DNA of 64,000 bases from Lama guanicoe (Eukaryota), in contig MU054187.1 of the NCBI GenBank assembly GCA_013239625.1, positions 4,227,757 through 4,291,756 of the forward strand, read 5' to 3'. Shown here piece by piece: positions 26,232 to 40,057 of this stretch; position 1 is the first letter of the stretch; each line of letters begins with the position of its first letter. Made by a program: the position numbers and the translations under genes. The notes beneath the pieces are model-generated. The model made no database searches, was not told the origin of the DNA, and saw only the letters and a list, made by a program, of their open reading frames with translations.

Positions 26232-26586
26232 CCAGTGTGAGTATGACCTTTATGTGCCTAAAGATGGCCTGGAGGGCTCGTTAAAAACGTAGGTTCCAGG
26301 ATGCTTCTTTTTTTTTTTTAACATTTCTTTTTTTTTTTTAATTGCAGTACAGTCAGTTACAACGTGTCAGTCTCTGGTGCGCAGCACAACGTCCCGGTGA
26401 GACACGTACATGTACATACTTGTTTTCATATCATTTTTCACTTAAGGTATTGAATATAGTTCCCTGTGCTGTACAGAAGAAATCTGTTTAGAGAGTGACC
26501 AGTAGAGCTGGAATGGGGTCCAAGAACTAGCAGCCCGGGTGATTCTGAAGCCGGTGGCCTGCTGGCAACTCTGTGAAAAGCCCTGG
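26232..26586. mobile_element. MER5-like DNA transposon interrupted by an L1 tail
   Basis: 'cctggagggctcgttaaaaacgtagg' ... 'gggtgattctgaagccggtgg...ctctgtgaaaagccctg'. Confidence 0.55.
26305..26484 (-). mobile_element. L1 3'-end fragment with poly(A) tail
   Basis: Poly-T followed by 'aattgcagtacagtcagttacaacgtgtcag...attgaatatagttccctgtgctgtacagaaga'. Confidence 0.85.
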
Positions 26587-29075
26587 CCTGATGTTCACCA
26601 TGGAGAGTGTGACATGCAGTAGAGACCGACAGTTCACTTGGCATTCAATTAAGAAGGAAAGTTCAGCTAACAGCCGCTGAAGATTTTAAGAAGGACAATC
26701 GAGAAGATCAGGGTTCAGAAATCTAATTCTGGGTACAGTGGAAATTAATTGCAAAGAGCCCAAGGGTTTCGAAGAGACAAGTGCAGATCCTTCCACAATG
26801 TGACCGAGGTTCCAAACAGGGAGTGTCTATGGGGTGGAACAGAGGGCAGACAGGCAGTGCCAACAGGCAAATACGGATTCAAAATTAGGTGAGCAGGAGA
26901 AGCCAGCATGATGTGCAGTTTCTAGTTTAAGAGACACTTAAAAGCAAATCAAAGAACAGAAAAGGAAGAAATCAGTGAGTTCAGTCTGAGACCTGCTGAC
27001 CACAAGGTCAGACATTTCCACAGCGGTGTTTACTAGGCTCTTGAAGATGAGCCCAGAATGCAAAAGAGAGGTCAGGGCTGCCCTCTTTCATTCATTCATT
27101 CATTCATTCATCCATTCAATCCTTCACTTAATAAATACTGACCAGGGGCTTTTTGTGTAATTAAAATTCCTTTTAATGTAATTAGGATTAATTAAATATT
27201 CTAAATTTATATGTCAATTTATTAGATTTAATTTCCTACTTATGCATTTCAAGTGCTTGACAAGACAGGCCTGTGGCCAAACAAAATTTTTCCAAGTACT
27301 TCAATTATTCCAGTAAATTTAACAAAACAATCATATACATACAGTGACTATCCAGTCACTTTTTAAAAATGTTTGCGAGCATAGTCAAATCTCTTATATT
27401 TTTAAACTTAAATGCACAGTGTAAAACTAGATTGACTCAAATTCCCTGAAGTGCTACGTTCTTGGAAACATCACAGACACGCCGATGGTACTGAGCCTCC
27501 CGTAAAAGTCACCATACTCTGCCCTCTCCTTACTTTTATCATTTCAGTATTTACTCACGTCTTCCCAGGTGGTGAAATACTTGCCTAATTAAGGGGATTT
27601 ACTATAGGAGGTTAGTGATTCTAACCTAGAGTTGACTGACGGCCCAAGATTTCAGACGGAGAAACCTGCTGTATCATCTCAAGGGAGCCAAGGTTACGTA
27701 TACAGCCGTGATGCCTGCTTGTACATTTGTCAGAGACCCTCTCTGGCCAGAGGACACTTGAGCTACAGGCCTACAGCACGTCTCTACCCAGGTCCACAGC
27801 TAAACGCGCCACCCCAAGACCACCCCCTTCACGTGGGTCGGTTCAGTAGCCCACATTTCCCTTGGTTCAAGCTGTGCTTTTATTTATTCACTTTTTTCAA
27901 ATTTTATCACCTAGTTTATTTCAACAGATTTCACCAACCCCTGTACACGTTCCTTCATCACTCAAATGTATTCCACTAAACTACTTACTGCCTGGTTGAA
28001 TCCTGCATCCTTTTCACATTTTTCTCATGTAATTCTAAAAACACACTGTTGTCATTTCATTCAAGCCCAAATTCTTGTCTCATGGTTGCTCATCTGCAGC
28101 TATAACTCTAAGCCTTGTTTTTTTTAAGAATTGATACATATTTCTGCCCAACAATCATTAGGAACAGAGAAGGAGCAGACAGGGTTTGGTCCCATTCTAC
28201 TGGTGGGAGTATTGAGGCACAGGATGGGAAACAGCTTAACTAGTATGAGTTTCCTTTGATGCAGTTAGTTTAGTTAAAGTATTTCATACTCAAGTGGTCA
28301 CAAGTAGACCACTTTGACTCTTTTTAAAGGAAGATTAGTGAATATTTGTGTATGAATATTTTTAAACTCTAAACAATAGTATGAATTGATTGCAAAATAT
28401 TAAACGGTATAAATGAAACAGAAACTCTAAAGAATGTATTAAAACTCACTGAACATGCTGATCAAAGTATAAAGAAAAAATTTCACTCTAAGTTTGGCTC
28501 AGTTTAAGCTCCTTCTCCTGCCTGTAAACTTTGAAAACAGATGTGCCTGCCATTTAGAGAGTAAAACACATGGCTAACTTTCCGTCCATTTTTCATCTTT
28601 TAAATTCTTCAGGAAAAATAGTCCACATTATTCCACTGCGTCACATCAGTGGCATTGAAGTAGAAGGAAATTTATATTTATAGGATGATTTCATGCTCAG
28701 TGTATCTCAAAGTACAATTCAAAGTAATAAATTAAGTAGAAATTATACTCAATTTATATGAAAGTAATCTTGTTTCTTCTAGAAAGAGCAACAAGCAAGA
28801 ACATTTTACTCCGTGAAGGCTTTTGCATTTTACCATCATAACGTTATCAGTTCTTAATTTCTTAAGTTTATAGCGTTGTAGGAAGTTGGCACTCTTAATA
28901 CTCAGAAATTTGTGTTCATTCAAAGAGCTTTATGTGGACCTCATAAACTGCTCAGTTCACATGATGCATTTAGTAAATTTAATATTTATTACTCTAATCA
29001 AGATTTATTTCTGTCTATATATAAATATATATTTCTCTACATTTGTACATGTGCAATGTGTCTTTAATATTTGTT

Positions 29076-32000
29076 TCAGCAAAATGAAGCAATTGTTAGT
29101 GCATAACGTATTTAACTCATTATTCCATAATAACATCTAGATAAATTATCAAGATGCCAACCTGGGTGTATGCATGTGAAGGCCTTAAAGTGAACTTAAG
29201 GTGACCGAGGGTAGCACAGAAAATCGGCACACTCTACGGAGCTTTGTGAATAAAAGAAGGGCAGTCACGTCACAGAGGGATGTTCGCTAATTGGCAAAGT
29301 TTTGTCATTGTTAAAAATGCAGAAAATAGTTTTTGAGATGTTCAGGGTAGCTGTTAATATAAGTGCATGTATTTTTGGGTTCATTTACAGCTAGTCTACG
29401 TGTACTAATTACTTGATCACCCAACCATGGCTCCTCCGACACAGTGAATAACCCCTGTAGAATATTTTGCTGTTTGCAGAATGATTCCGCAGCCCGAGGC
29501 GGCGTTCCTGTGAATCAGATAGCACCATCAGTCTTTTTCGTACGCGGAGCCTGTCATCCACAGAGAGGTTAGCAGCTGGACCTAAGGACCCATCCGAGCT
29601 CCTAAGCCATAGACTTACACTGGCACCTGGGACTTCTGCACCTGTGTTCTCTCCAAAGATCTTGCTTCTTATAAATGCTTTTTAACCGTTTTGCCTCACC
29701 TGTGTACCTAAACAAATGCCTGGCTTCAATAGGGATATTTTATAATGTAAAAGTCTCCTGATCAATTGCCCATAAATGGAGGCAGAGACGGTCAAAGAAC
29801 CTGGGAGAAAGTAGTACAATAAAGCTTGAACATCTTTCCACAACGAGTAATTAAACAGTTTCTCCATGCGCAATCTCAGAATTACTCAAAGGGTAGTTTT
29901 TGGCTAAGCAGATTAGCCACAGACACAAAGCACTGACAGAGAGAATGCACACCATCATTGACTCAGAAAACAGCCCGCTCCAATCGCCTTTCCGTTTTTA
30001 CGGATCACAGCTTACTGTGTGGTCATTGATACAGATGCTTCTTTATCGTTCACAGGACTTCCTGTTTTCAGGACATTTGTGGGATGTTCCCAATGCATTC
30101 ATGGCAGGAAAGATTCTGAGTTTAATTCCTTATAGAGGCTTCAAGTTGCAGTTGGCTTAAGTAGCTTGTTCTGGATGGTAAATTTCCAAATTATGAAACC
30201 TCCTTGGGTGAACAAGAATTGAAAACTTTTCAGTGAACATCTCTTGGCCCAGGGAATTTCACTGGTACTGTCAGAAGGAGTTAGCTCCCTACAAGTCTGA
30301 TAGCAGAGGAGTGCTTTTTATCTATTTTCTATCATCTAGCCAGTGTCATTTTCATTCGGCTTTCATTAGCGAGAGGGTGTGAATTAGCAATAGATCCTCC
30401 ACCTGTCTGATTACTTTGAAGTGTCAAATCGTATTTTATCATTCGGGCAGGTGTTAGAGACCAGTTCAATTGTGTTATGCATTTGGCACTCTTGTCTTGT
30501 CCTTTCTCATTTTCTTGTGTAAAATTACTGAGTACAGAGCAATGCATATGAATACGACTTCATATGCACAGTTAATTTTGATAGGACTTTGTTCTTGTGA
30601 CTCATCCATGGCTACAGACCTGTAATTGTTTGCAGTGAGTTATAGAACACAGTGCCATGCTTTATATAATGTATGACAGAGACATGGATTTTTTTCTAAC
30701 TGAAAAATTCCATTTGACCATTAGGTCAGAGAATGGCAATTATTGTAGAAGCGCGGGTTACCACCATGATAGAAAATTGTTAACAATGACATTTTGGTTT
30801 AAAACTGTACAATTTCTGAAATGTTTCTCTCAAGTGATTAATTTTTTTCAAACAGAACTTAAAAAAAAGACCAACTAGGTTGAAAAGCTTTCAAATGTTC
30901 CTGTCTCCATCTAAGGGCAAGGCTATCTTCTTCCAGCATATTGGGGAATTTCCAGCCTTCTAAGAGTAAGATTGAAGGAGTGTAATTCTCAAAAAATTTG
31001 GTGAGGTTTGGTGTGCTGATTTATTTTTTAATGTCCTCATCTAATATATAATCACCAAGCATCTTTGCAGGAAGCTGGTCATATACAGTTGCAAAGTATG
31101 TGACAGAATTTTCTGTTGCTTCTGACCAGCTCAGCTCACCCACCTCTGGCCAGACCATAAGATGGCTATCTCAAACTGGAATTGTAAGAGCAGATTCCAC
31201 TTCAGAGACATTATTTTGAGCCCTAACAATGCTATTTAAACTAAAATTTAGGATGATTTCAACTCCATGCAACAGAAAATCCTGACTCAGCATACTTTAG
31301 AGCAAGATATATAGTAACACAGCTTCTGGGTTCTTTCGTCTTCAGTGCTGGCTGGCGCAGTGTATCAGGAATCCCAGTATATCCACTCAGACATCATCAA
31401 GTTAATTTATTTCACAGATGTTAGGTTTGCATGGCAACTGTCTGAGGCAAAAATTAAAGACGTATTGTCCCATAAGCCTCATTATTTACAAGAGAAGCCT
31501 TTCCGAGAAGCCTTTTAGCAGATTTGTGCTCATGTCTTATTGGCCATAACTGGTCCATACGGAAACCAGTCCTTGTAAGGGGAAAGGTCCTCTGTGATTG
31601 GCTTCGACCAATCATGATTCTCCGTCTGAGGCCCTCCTCCCTGGAAAGAAGTGGCGGGAGGAGTCAGATGGACACCTGAACAGAAGTATAGGTCTGCTAA
31701 GAAGGAGGGAAGAAAGAAGAGGCACGAACATTGTGTGTAGGTAGCAAATTCTGTCTGGTAAATACCAATACACCTACATGGTTCTAAAAATGTCAACACA
31801 TTTATAGTTTCTGTTTGTCCTTTTTATTAAGTTTTTAAATAAAGCTTCAGATTTTCAAGATGCTGTGTCACACACATCATCTCATTTAACTATCATGGAA
31901 TTGGCATTGATTTTATAAACGACAAACTCAGGCATGTAAAAATCTAACATCGTGTTCTATAACGAAAATGAATTTTTACCCTAACACGGCATTTTAACTG

Positions 32001-34553
32001 GTGGCGGAAAAATTGTTAGCGTATGTGCATCAGACTCAGTTAATTTTGAGTTTTGTTATTCAGTGTAGAATTTTCTTCTTCCCCCTCCCCCAGCTTTTGG
32101 GGGAGGAGATGAGAAGCTTATATTCCAGCAAGGCAGGTGGCGTGCGGGATTTCCTATTGCTTATTGTCGTCTGTGCCAAACGCTATCCACTCACCTGCCT
32201 GTCATCAGTCCTGGTTGTTGTCAGCCCTCGATGCTGAAACATTTGTTTATCCACGCGGCCATCTACCTTTGCAGCCCCTTTTCTCAAGCAGGAGGGTTTT
32301 TTTCCAGGCCCGCTGACTTTATCAGCTGCTTCCACATTTCCCTAAAGGGCGTTTGACATAGTCATCCTGGATCTGACTTTGATTATCGAAACACAGGGTC
32401 TTTTGGACCCATAAACCTCTTTTCTCAAACTATTTTCTCAGTTGTGGTTTCCAGGACTCTGATTTGAAAGTGAGAAATTTAAGGAAATTAGTGCAGAAAC
32501 TTTCATTGTTCCCTGACTGGGAAGGAGGGTAGGATATGAGAAAACACAGGAGAAGGAATTAAGGCAAATGAAGAAAGTGTCAACAGCCCGATGAGAGCAG
32601 TTTGCCAATAAACGAGGTGGCAGTGGCCACAGGACAAGAAGGAAATGGTCTCAAGGAATCAGTAACTAAGGAAAGGGAGCTACCACCTGCAGCGCAGACC
32701 TTTCCCCTCCAAGTCCTTTGTTCTTGCCACTCTGATACCATGCCGTTAGCTATGTAGAATATTTTCAGAACCTAAGAAATGTTAATAATATTCACATCTG
32801 GCCCCTGGCCCCAAAGGTCTAGTCAAAAGCCATGTTTGGGTCAGTCACCCCGGGGGCAAAGTCCAAAGGCTGCTCCACCCATCCTCAGCCTCCCGGCCCA
32901 AAGCTGTGGCGGCGGCGCCAAGCCTGCGTCACCCTGCACCACGCAGGCTCTCGGTACGTTCCACCCTGGGGCACATTTCCTCAGGATTGCTCTTCCCTGT
33001 TCAACAAGTTCAATCTGAGGAATTAATTTTTGCAAATCTGTTACCCATCCCACCAAAGTTAAGTGTAGTTTTTTCTAGGCAGTTTGGGAACAAGGGTTTA
33101 ATTCTTTGGGTGGCATAATTTCACTGGTTGAAATTTCATGAAGCAGCCAGACCAGAGGAGGGGAGAAAGAGGTAATTTGCAAGAATATAAAATTATTTCC
33201 TTGTCAAATGTACCCTGGAAGACAGTGAAAGAATCAAATGGCCTCAAATTCATCCCAGTAAACCATCACTTGCTAGTCCTCTCTACCTCATTTTTGAAAA
33301 AGCAAAGATCTAGAACTTTGGGTTTAATGTATTTCCCTGTAAGTATAGTGTATAGCTGGATCTTGAATTCCAAAGGAACCTCTACACAACCTGTTAATAT
33401 TTACAGCTTTGACATTTGCCAAGGAATTTTGACCACGCCCATGCCCAGGTGAGAAACAATTAAATCCCCTTGTGTGACAAATTGCCGTGGTATCGAGGGT
33501 CACTGTCTGGGTATGAGCAGAGTCAGTCAGGGAGAAAACTAACCAGTCCAGAGTGTAGTCCTAATGGTTATACTTTAATGAAAAGTTAACTTGTTATCTA
33601 AAAATTAAGCTACCATTTCTGATGGTTTTACCGTGAAGATCGAAAGTGGACCTTCTGAGTTTTTGTCATTTGCTGACACACCTTGACGGTGATCCATCCC
33701 TTCATTCAGTATGTTCTTAATGGCAAGAGCACTACACGACTTTCCACCAAATAAATAAAAAATCACATGGGTACTTTTAACAATTAATTCTTTCAAGATG
33801 CACTTATCGAAAACCTACTGCACCTAGTAGTGGAAGAATAGAAGATGTATGGCATTACTGTACCCCTGGGTGCCTCCAGTTTAAAGGAGGAGGTAGGTAT
33901 TCAAATAGATTAAAAAAACTTAGGGTAAGTATACAGCAGTTGCTACAGGGATGGAGTCTTACATGATTTAGGAAAAAGCAGATGCTCCTTTTGTCTAGAG
34001 TGATGAGGATTTCCCTGAAAAGGGAGATTTAGAGGATGGTAGGATTTTGAAACTTAATGAACTATGAGACTCAGGAATTACTGTTTCAGAAACCGTCTGG
34101 AGATGATCTCTGTGGTTTCTTTCAACAAGTTCAGTTCTTTCAGAGTTCTGTGTGTTGAGTAACAAAGCCAACATGGCCCAGTTATCTCCTAGGAGTCTCA
34201 GAGGTAAACTTCAGGTGCTGATAAAGATCCCTATGTTGTATCCAAAAGACCTCAACATTGGAAGAAACCATTTCAGTTCTGCACAAAATGTACCGATTCT
34301 AGGATATAAACGGCACATGGAGACTGATGAGCTGTTTCTCGCCAGCAGTTGGACCCAGAGCCCAGGTCATGATGAGTATCCGTGGAGGTGGCAGATCGTG
34401 ACTCGACTGTCCGGCCAGGACAAAAGCCAGGATGTTGTCATGACTCTCCAGTGTCTAGCACAATGCACACTAGCCCCTAAAGTCCCCGAATATTCATTTA
34501 AAAAGAAAGCATAAATCAAATTAATCTTTAACACACCTACTGTCTGTATCCTA
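29076..34553 (+). repeat. Tandem segmental duplication A, copy 1 (~5.48 kb)
   Basis: Sequence recurs directly downstream. The ORF track shows identical ORFs at offset 5504 (e.g. 29900/35404, 33138/38642, 34152/39656). Confidence 0.98.
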
Positions 34554-37500
34554 TCAGCAAAATGAAGCAATTGTTAGTGCAACGTATTTAACTCATTATT
34601 CCATAATAACATCTAGATAAATTATCAAGATGCCAACCTGGGTGTATGCATGTGAAGGCCTTAAAGTGAACTTAAGATGACCGAGGGTAGCACAGAACTT
34701 TGAGTGACCGAGGGTAACACAGAAAATCGGCACACTCTACGGAGCTTTGTGAATAAAAGAAGGGCAGTCACGTCACAGAGGGATGTTCGCTAATTGGCAA
34801 AGTTTTGTCATTGTTAAAAATGCAGAAAATAGTTTTTGAGATGTTCAGGGTAGCTGTTAATATAAGTGCATGTATTTTTGGGTTCATTTACAGCTAGTCT
34901 ACGTGTACTAATTACTTGATCACCCAACCATGGCTCCTCCGACACAGTGAATAACCCCTGTAGAATATTTTGCTGTTTGCAGAATGATTCCGCAGCCCGA
35001 GGCGGCGTTCCTGTGAATCAGATAGCACCATCAGTCTTTTTCGTACGCGGAGTCTGTCATCCACAGAAAGGTTAGCAGCTGGACCTAAGGACCCATCCGA
35101 GCTCCTAAGCCATAGACTTACACTGGCACCTGGGACTTCTGCACCCTGTGTTCTCTCCAAAGATCTTGCTTCTTATAAATGCTTTTTAACCGTTTTGCCT
35201 CACCTGTGTACCTAAACAAATGCTTGGCTTCAATAGGGATATTTTATAATGTAAAAGTCTCCTGATCAATTGCCCATAAATGGAGGCAGAGACGGTCAAA
35301 GAACCTGGGAGAAAGTAGTACAATGAAGCTTGAACATCTTTCCACAACGAGTAATTAAACAGTTTCTCCATGCGCAATCTCAGAATTACTCAAAGGGTAG
35401 TTTTTGGCTAAGCAGATTAGCCACAGACACAAAGCACTGACAGAGAGAATGCACACCATCATTGACTCAGAAAACAGCCCGCTCCAATCGCCTTTCCGTT
35501 TTTACGGATCACAGCTTACTGTGTGGTCATTGATACAGATGCTTCTTTATCGTTCACAGGACTTCCTGTTTTCAGGACATTTGTGGGATGTTCCCAATGC
35601 ATTCATGGCAGGAAAGATTCTGAGTTTAATTCCTTATAGAGGCTTCAAGTTGCAGTTGGCTTAAGTAGCTTGTTCTGGATGGTAAATTTCCAAATTATGA
35701 AACCTCCTTGGGTGAACAAGAATTGAAAACTTTTCAGTGAACATCTCTTGGCCCAGGGAATTTCACTGGTACTGTCAGAAGGAGTTAGCTCCCTACAAGT
35801 CTGATAGCAGAGGAGTGCTTTTTATCTATTTTCTATCATCTAGCCAGTGTCATTTTCATTCGGCTTTCATTAGCGAGAGGGTGTGAATTAGCAATAGATC
35901 CTCCACCTGTCTGATTACTTTGAAGTGTCAAATCGTATTTTATCATTCGGGCAGGTGTTAGAGACCAGTTCAATTGTGTTATGCATTTGGCACTCTTGTC
36001 TTGTCCTTTCTCATTTTCTTGTGTAAAATTACTGAGTACAGAGCAATGCATATGAATACGACTTCATATGCACAGTTAATTTTGATAGGACTTTGTTCTT
36101 GTGACTCATCCATGGCTACAGACCTGTAATTGTTTGCAGTGAGTTATAGAACACAGTGCCATGCTTTATATAATGTATGACAGAGACATGGATTTTTTTC
36201 TAACTGAAAAATTCCATTTGACCATTAGGTCAGAGAATGGCAATTATTGTAGAAGCGCGGGTTACCACCATGATAGAAAATTGTTAACAATGACATTTTG
36301 GTTTAAAACTGTACAATTTCTGAAATGTTTCTCTCAAGTGATTAATTTTTTTCAAACAGAACTTAAAAAAAAGACCAACTAGGTTGAAAAGCTTTCAAAT
36401 GTTCCTGTCTCCATCTAAGGGCAAGGCTATCTTCTTCCAGCATATTGGGGAATTTCCAGCCTTCTAAGAGTAAGATTGAAGGAGTGTAATTCTCAAAAAA
36501 TTTGGTGAGGTTTGGTGTGCTGATTTATTTTTTAATGTCCTCATCTAATATATAATCACCAAGCATCTTTGCAGGAAGCTGGTCATATACAGTTGCAAAG
36601 TATGTGACAGAATTTTCTGTTGCTTCTGACCAGCTCAGCTCACCCACCTCTGGCCAGACCATAAGATGGCTATCTCAAACTGGAATTGTAAGAGCAGATT
36701 CCACTTCAGAGACATTATTTTGAGCCCTAACAATGCTATTTAAACTAAAATTTAGGATGATTTCAACTCCATGCAACAGAAAATCCTGACTCAGCATACT
36801 TTAGAGCAAGATATATAGTAACACAGCTTCTGGGTTCTTTCGTCTTCAGTGCTGGCTGGCGCAGTGTATCAGGAATCCCAGTATATCCACTCAGACATCA
36901 TCAAGTTAATTTATTTCACAGATGTTAGGTTTGCATGGCAACTGTCTGAGGCAAAAATTAAAGACGTATTGTCCCATAAGCCTCATTATTTACAAGAGAA
37001 GCCTTTCCGAGAAGCCTTTTAGCAGATTTGTGCTCATGTCTTATTGGCCATAACTGGTCCATACGGAAACCAGTCCTTGTAAGGGGAAAGGTCCTCTGTG
37101 ATTGGCTTCGACCAATCATGATTCTCCGTCTGAGGCCCTCCTCCCTGGAAAGAAGTGGCGGGAGGAGTCAGATGGACACCTGAACAGAAGTATAGGTCTG
37201 CTAAGAAGGAGGGAAGAAAGAAGAGGCACGAACATTGTGTGTAGGTAGCAAATTCTGTCTGGTAAATACCAATACACCTACATGGTTCTAAAAATGTCAA
37301 CACATTTATAGTTTCTGTTTGTCCTTTTTATTAAGTTTTTAAATAAAGCTTCAGATTTTCAAGATGCTGTGTCACACACATCATCTCATTTAACTATCAT
37401 GGAATTGGCATTGATTTTATAAACGACAAACTCAGGCATGTAAAAATCTAACATCGTGTTCTATAACGAAAATGAATTTTTACCCTAACACGGCATTTTA

Positions 37501-40057
37501 ACTGGTGGCGGAAAAATTGTTAGCGTATGTGCATCAGACTCAGTTAATTTTGAGTTTTGTTATTCAGTGTAGAATTTTCTTCTTCCCCCTCCCCCAGCTT
37601 TTGGGGGAGGAGATGAGAAGCTTATATTCCAGCAAGGCAGGTGGCGTGCGGGATTTCCTATTGCTTATTGTCGTCTGTGCCAAACGCTATCCACTCACCT
37701 GCCTGTCATCAGTCCTGGTTGTTGTCAGCCCTCGATGCTGAAACATTTGTTTATCCACGCGGCCATCTACCTTTGCAGCCCCTTTTCTCAAGCAGGAGGG
37801 TTTTTTTCCAGGCCCGCTGACTTTATCAGCTGCTTCCACATTTCCCTAAAGGGCGTTTGACATAGTCATCCTGGATCTGACTTTGATTATCGAAACACAG
37901 GGTCTTTTGGACCCATAAACCTCTTTTCTCAAACTATTTTCTCAGTTGTGGTTTCCAGGACTCTGATTTGAAAGTGAGAAATTTAAGGAAATTAGTGCAG
38001 AAACTTTCATTGTTCCCTGACTGGGAAGGAGGGTAGGATATGAGAAAACACAGGAGAAGGAATTAAGGCAAATGAAGAAAGTGTCAACAGCCCGATGAGA
38101 GCAGTTTGCCAATAAACGAGGTGGCAGTGGCCACAGGACAAGAAGGAAATGGTCTCAAGGAATCAGTAACTAAGGAAAGGGAGCTACCACCTGCAGCGCA
38201 GACCTTTCCCCTCCAAGTCCTTTGTTCTTGCCACTCTGATACCATGCCGTTAGCTATGTAGAATATTTTCAGAACCTAAGAAATGTTAATAATATTCACA
38301 TCTGGCCCCTGGCCCCAAAGGTCTAGTCAAAAGCCATGTTTGGGTCAGTCACCCCGGGGGCAAAGTCCAAAGGCTGCTCCACCCATCCTCAGCCTCCCGG
38401 CCCAAAGCTGTGGCGGCGGCGCCAAGCCTGCGTCACCCTGCACCACGCAGGCTCTCGGTACGTTCCACCCTGGGGCACATTTCCTCAGGATTGCTCTTCC
38501 CTGTTCAACAAGTTCAATCTGAGGAATTAATTTTTGCAAATCTGTTACCCATCCCACCAAAGTTAAGTGTAGTTTTTTCTAGGCAGTTTGGGAACAAGGG
38601 TTTAATTCTTTGGGTGGCATAATTTCACTGGTTGAAATTTCATGAAGCAGCCAGACCAGAGGAGGGGAGAAAGAGGTAATTTGCAAGAATATAAAATTAT
38701 TTCCTTGTCAAATGTACCCTGGAAGACAGTGAAAGAATCAAATGGCCTCAAATTCATCCCAGTAAACCATCACTTGCTAGTCCTCTCTACCTCATTTTTG
38801 AAAAAGCAAAGATCTAGAACTTTGGGTTTAATGTATTTCCCTGTAAGTATAGTGTATAGCTGGATCTTGAATTCCAAAGGAACCTCTACACAACCTGTTA
38901 ATATTTACAGCTTTGACATTTGCCAAGGAATTTTGACCACGCCCATGCCCAGGTGAGAAACAATTAAATCCCCTTGTGTGACAAATTGCCGTGGTATCGA
39001 GGGTCACTGTCTGGGTATGAGCAGAGTCAGTCAGGGAGAAAACTAACCAGTCCAGAGTGTAGTCCTAATGGTTATACTTTAATGAAAAGTTAACTTGTTA
39101 TCTAAAAATTAAGCTACCATTTCTGATGGTTTTACCGTGAAGATCGAAAGTGGACCTTCTGAGTTTTTGTCATTTGCTGACACACCTTGACGGTGATCCA
39201 TCCCTTCATTCAGTATGTTCTTAATGGCAAGAGCACTACACGACTTTCCACCAAATAAATAAAAAATCACATGGGTACTTTTAACAATTAATTCTTTCAA
39301 GATGCACTTATCGAAAACCTACTGCACCTAGTAGTGGAAGAATAGAAGATGTATGGCATTACTGTACCCCTGGGTGCCTCCAGTTTAAAGGAGGAGGTAG
39401 GTATTCAAATAGATTAAAAAAACTTAGGGTAAGTATACAGCAGTTGCTACAGGGATGGAGTCTTACATGATTTAGGAAAAAGCAGATGCTCCTTTTGTCT
39501 AGAGTGATGAGGATTTCCCTGAAAAGGGAGATTTAGAGGATGGTAGGATTTTGAAACTTAATGAACTATGAGACTCAGGAATTACTGTTTCAGAAACCGT
39601 CTGGAGATGATCTCTGTGGTTTCTTTCAACAAGTTCAGTTCTTTCAGAGTTCTGTGTGTTGAGTAACAAAGCCAACATGGCCCAGTTATCTCCTAGGAGT
39701 CTCAGAGGTAAACTTCAGGTGCTGATAAAGATCCCTATGTTGTATCCAAAAGACCTCAACATTGGAAGAAACCATTTCAGTTCTGCACAAAATGTACCGA
39801 TTCTAGGATATAAACGGCACATGGAGACTGATGAGCTGTTTCTCGCCAGCAGTTGGACCCAGAGCCCAGGTCATGATGAGTATCCGTGGAGGTGGCAGAT
39901 CGTGACTCGACTGTCCGGCCAGGACAAAAGCCAGGATGTTGTCATGACTCTCCAGTGTCTAGCACAATGCACACTAGCCCCTAAAGTCCCCGAATATTCA
40001 TTTAAAAAGAAAGCATAAATCAAATTAATCTTTAACACACCTACTGTCTGTGTCCTT
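34554..40057 (+). repeat. Tandem segmental duplication A, copy 2 (~5.50 kb)
   Basis: Starts 'tcagcaaaatgaagcaattg', as at 29076, and ends 'acacacctactgtctgt'. Confidence 0.98.

Larger units (their letters stand above)
26000..27090 (-). mobile_element. Fragmented L2 with nested insertions
   Basis: L2-like pieces ('gccacgctagggactgaggattacagacatgaag', 'gatgagcccagaatgcaaaagagaggtcagggctg') interrupted by MER5 and L1. Confidence 0.5.

Noticed and set aside
29682..40018. Repeated identical ORFs as a duplicated gene cluster or operon
   Set aside because: They are short chance ORFs repeated only because the DNA is duplicated.
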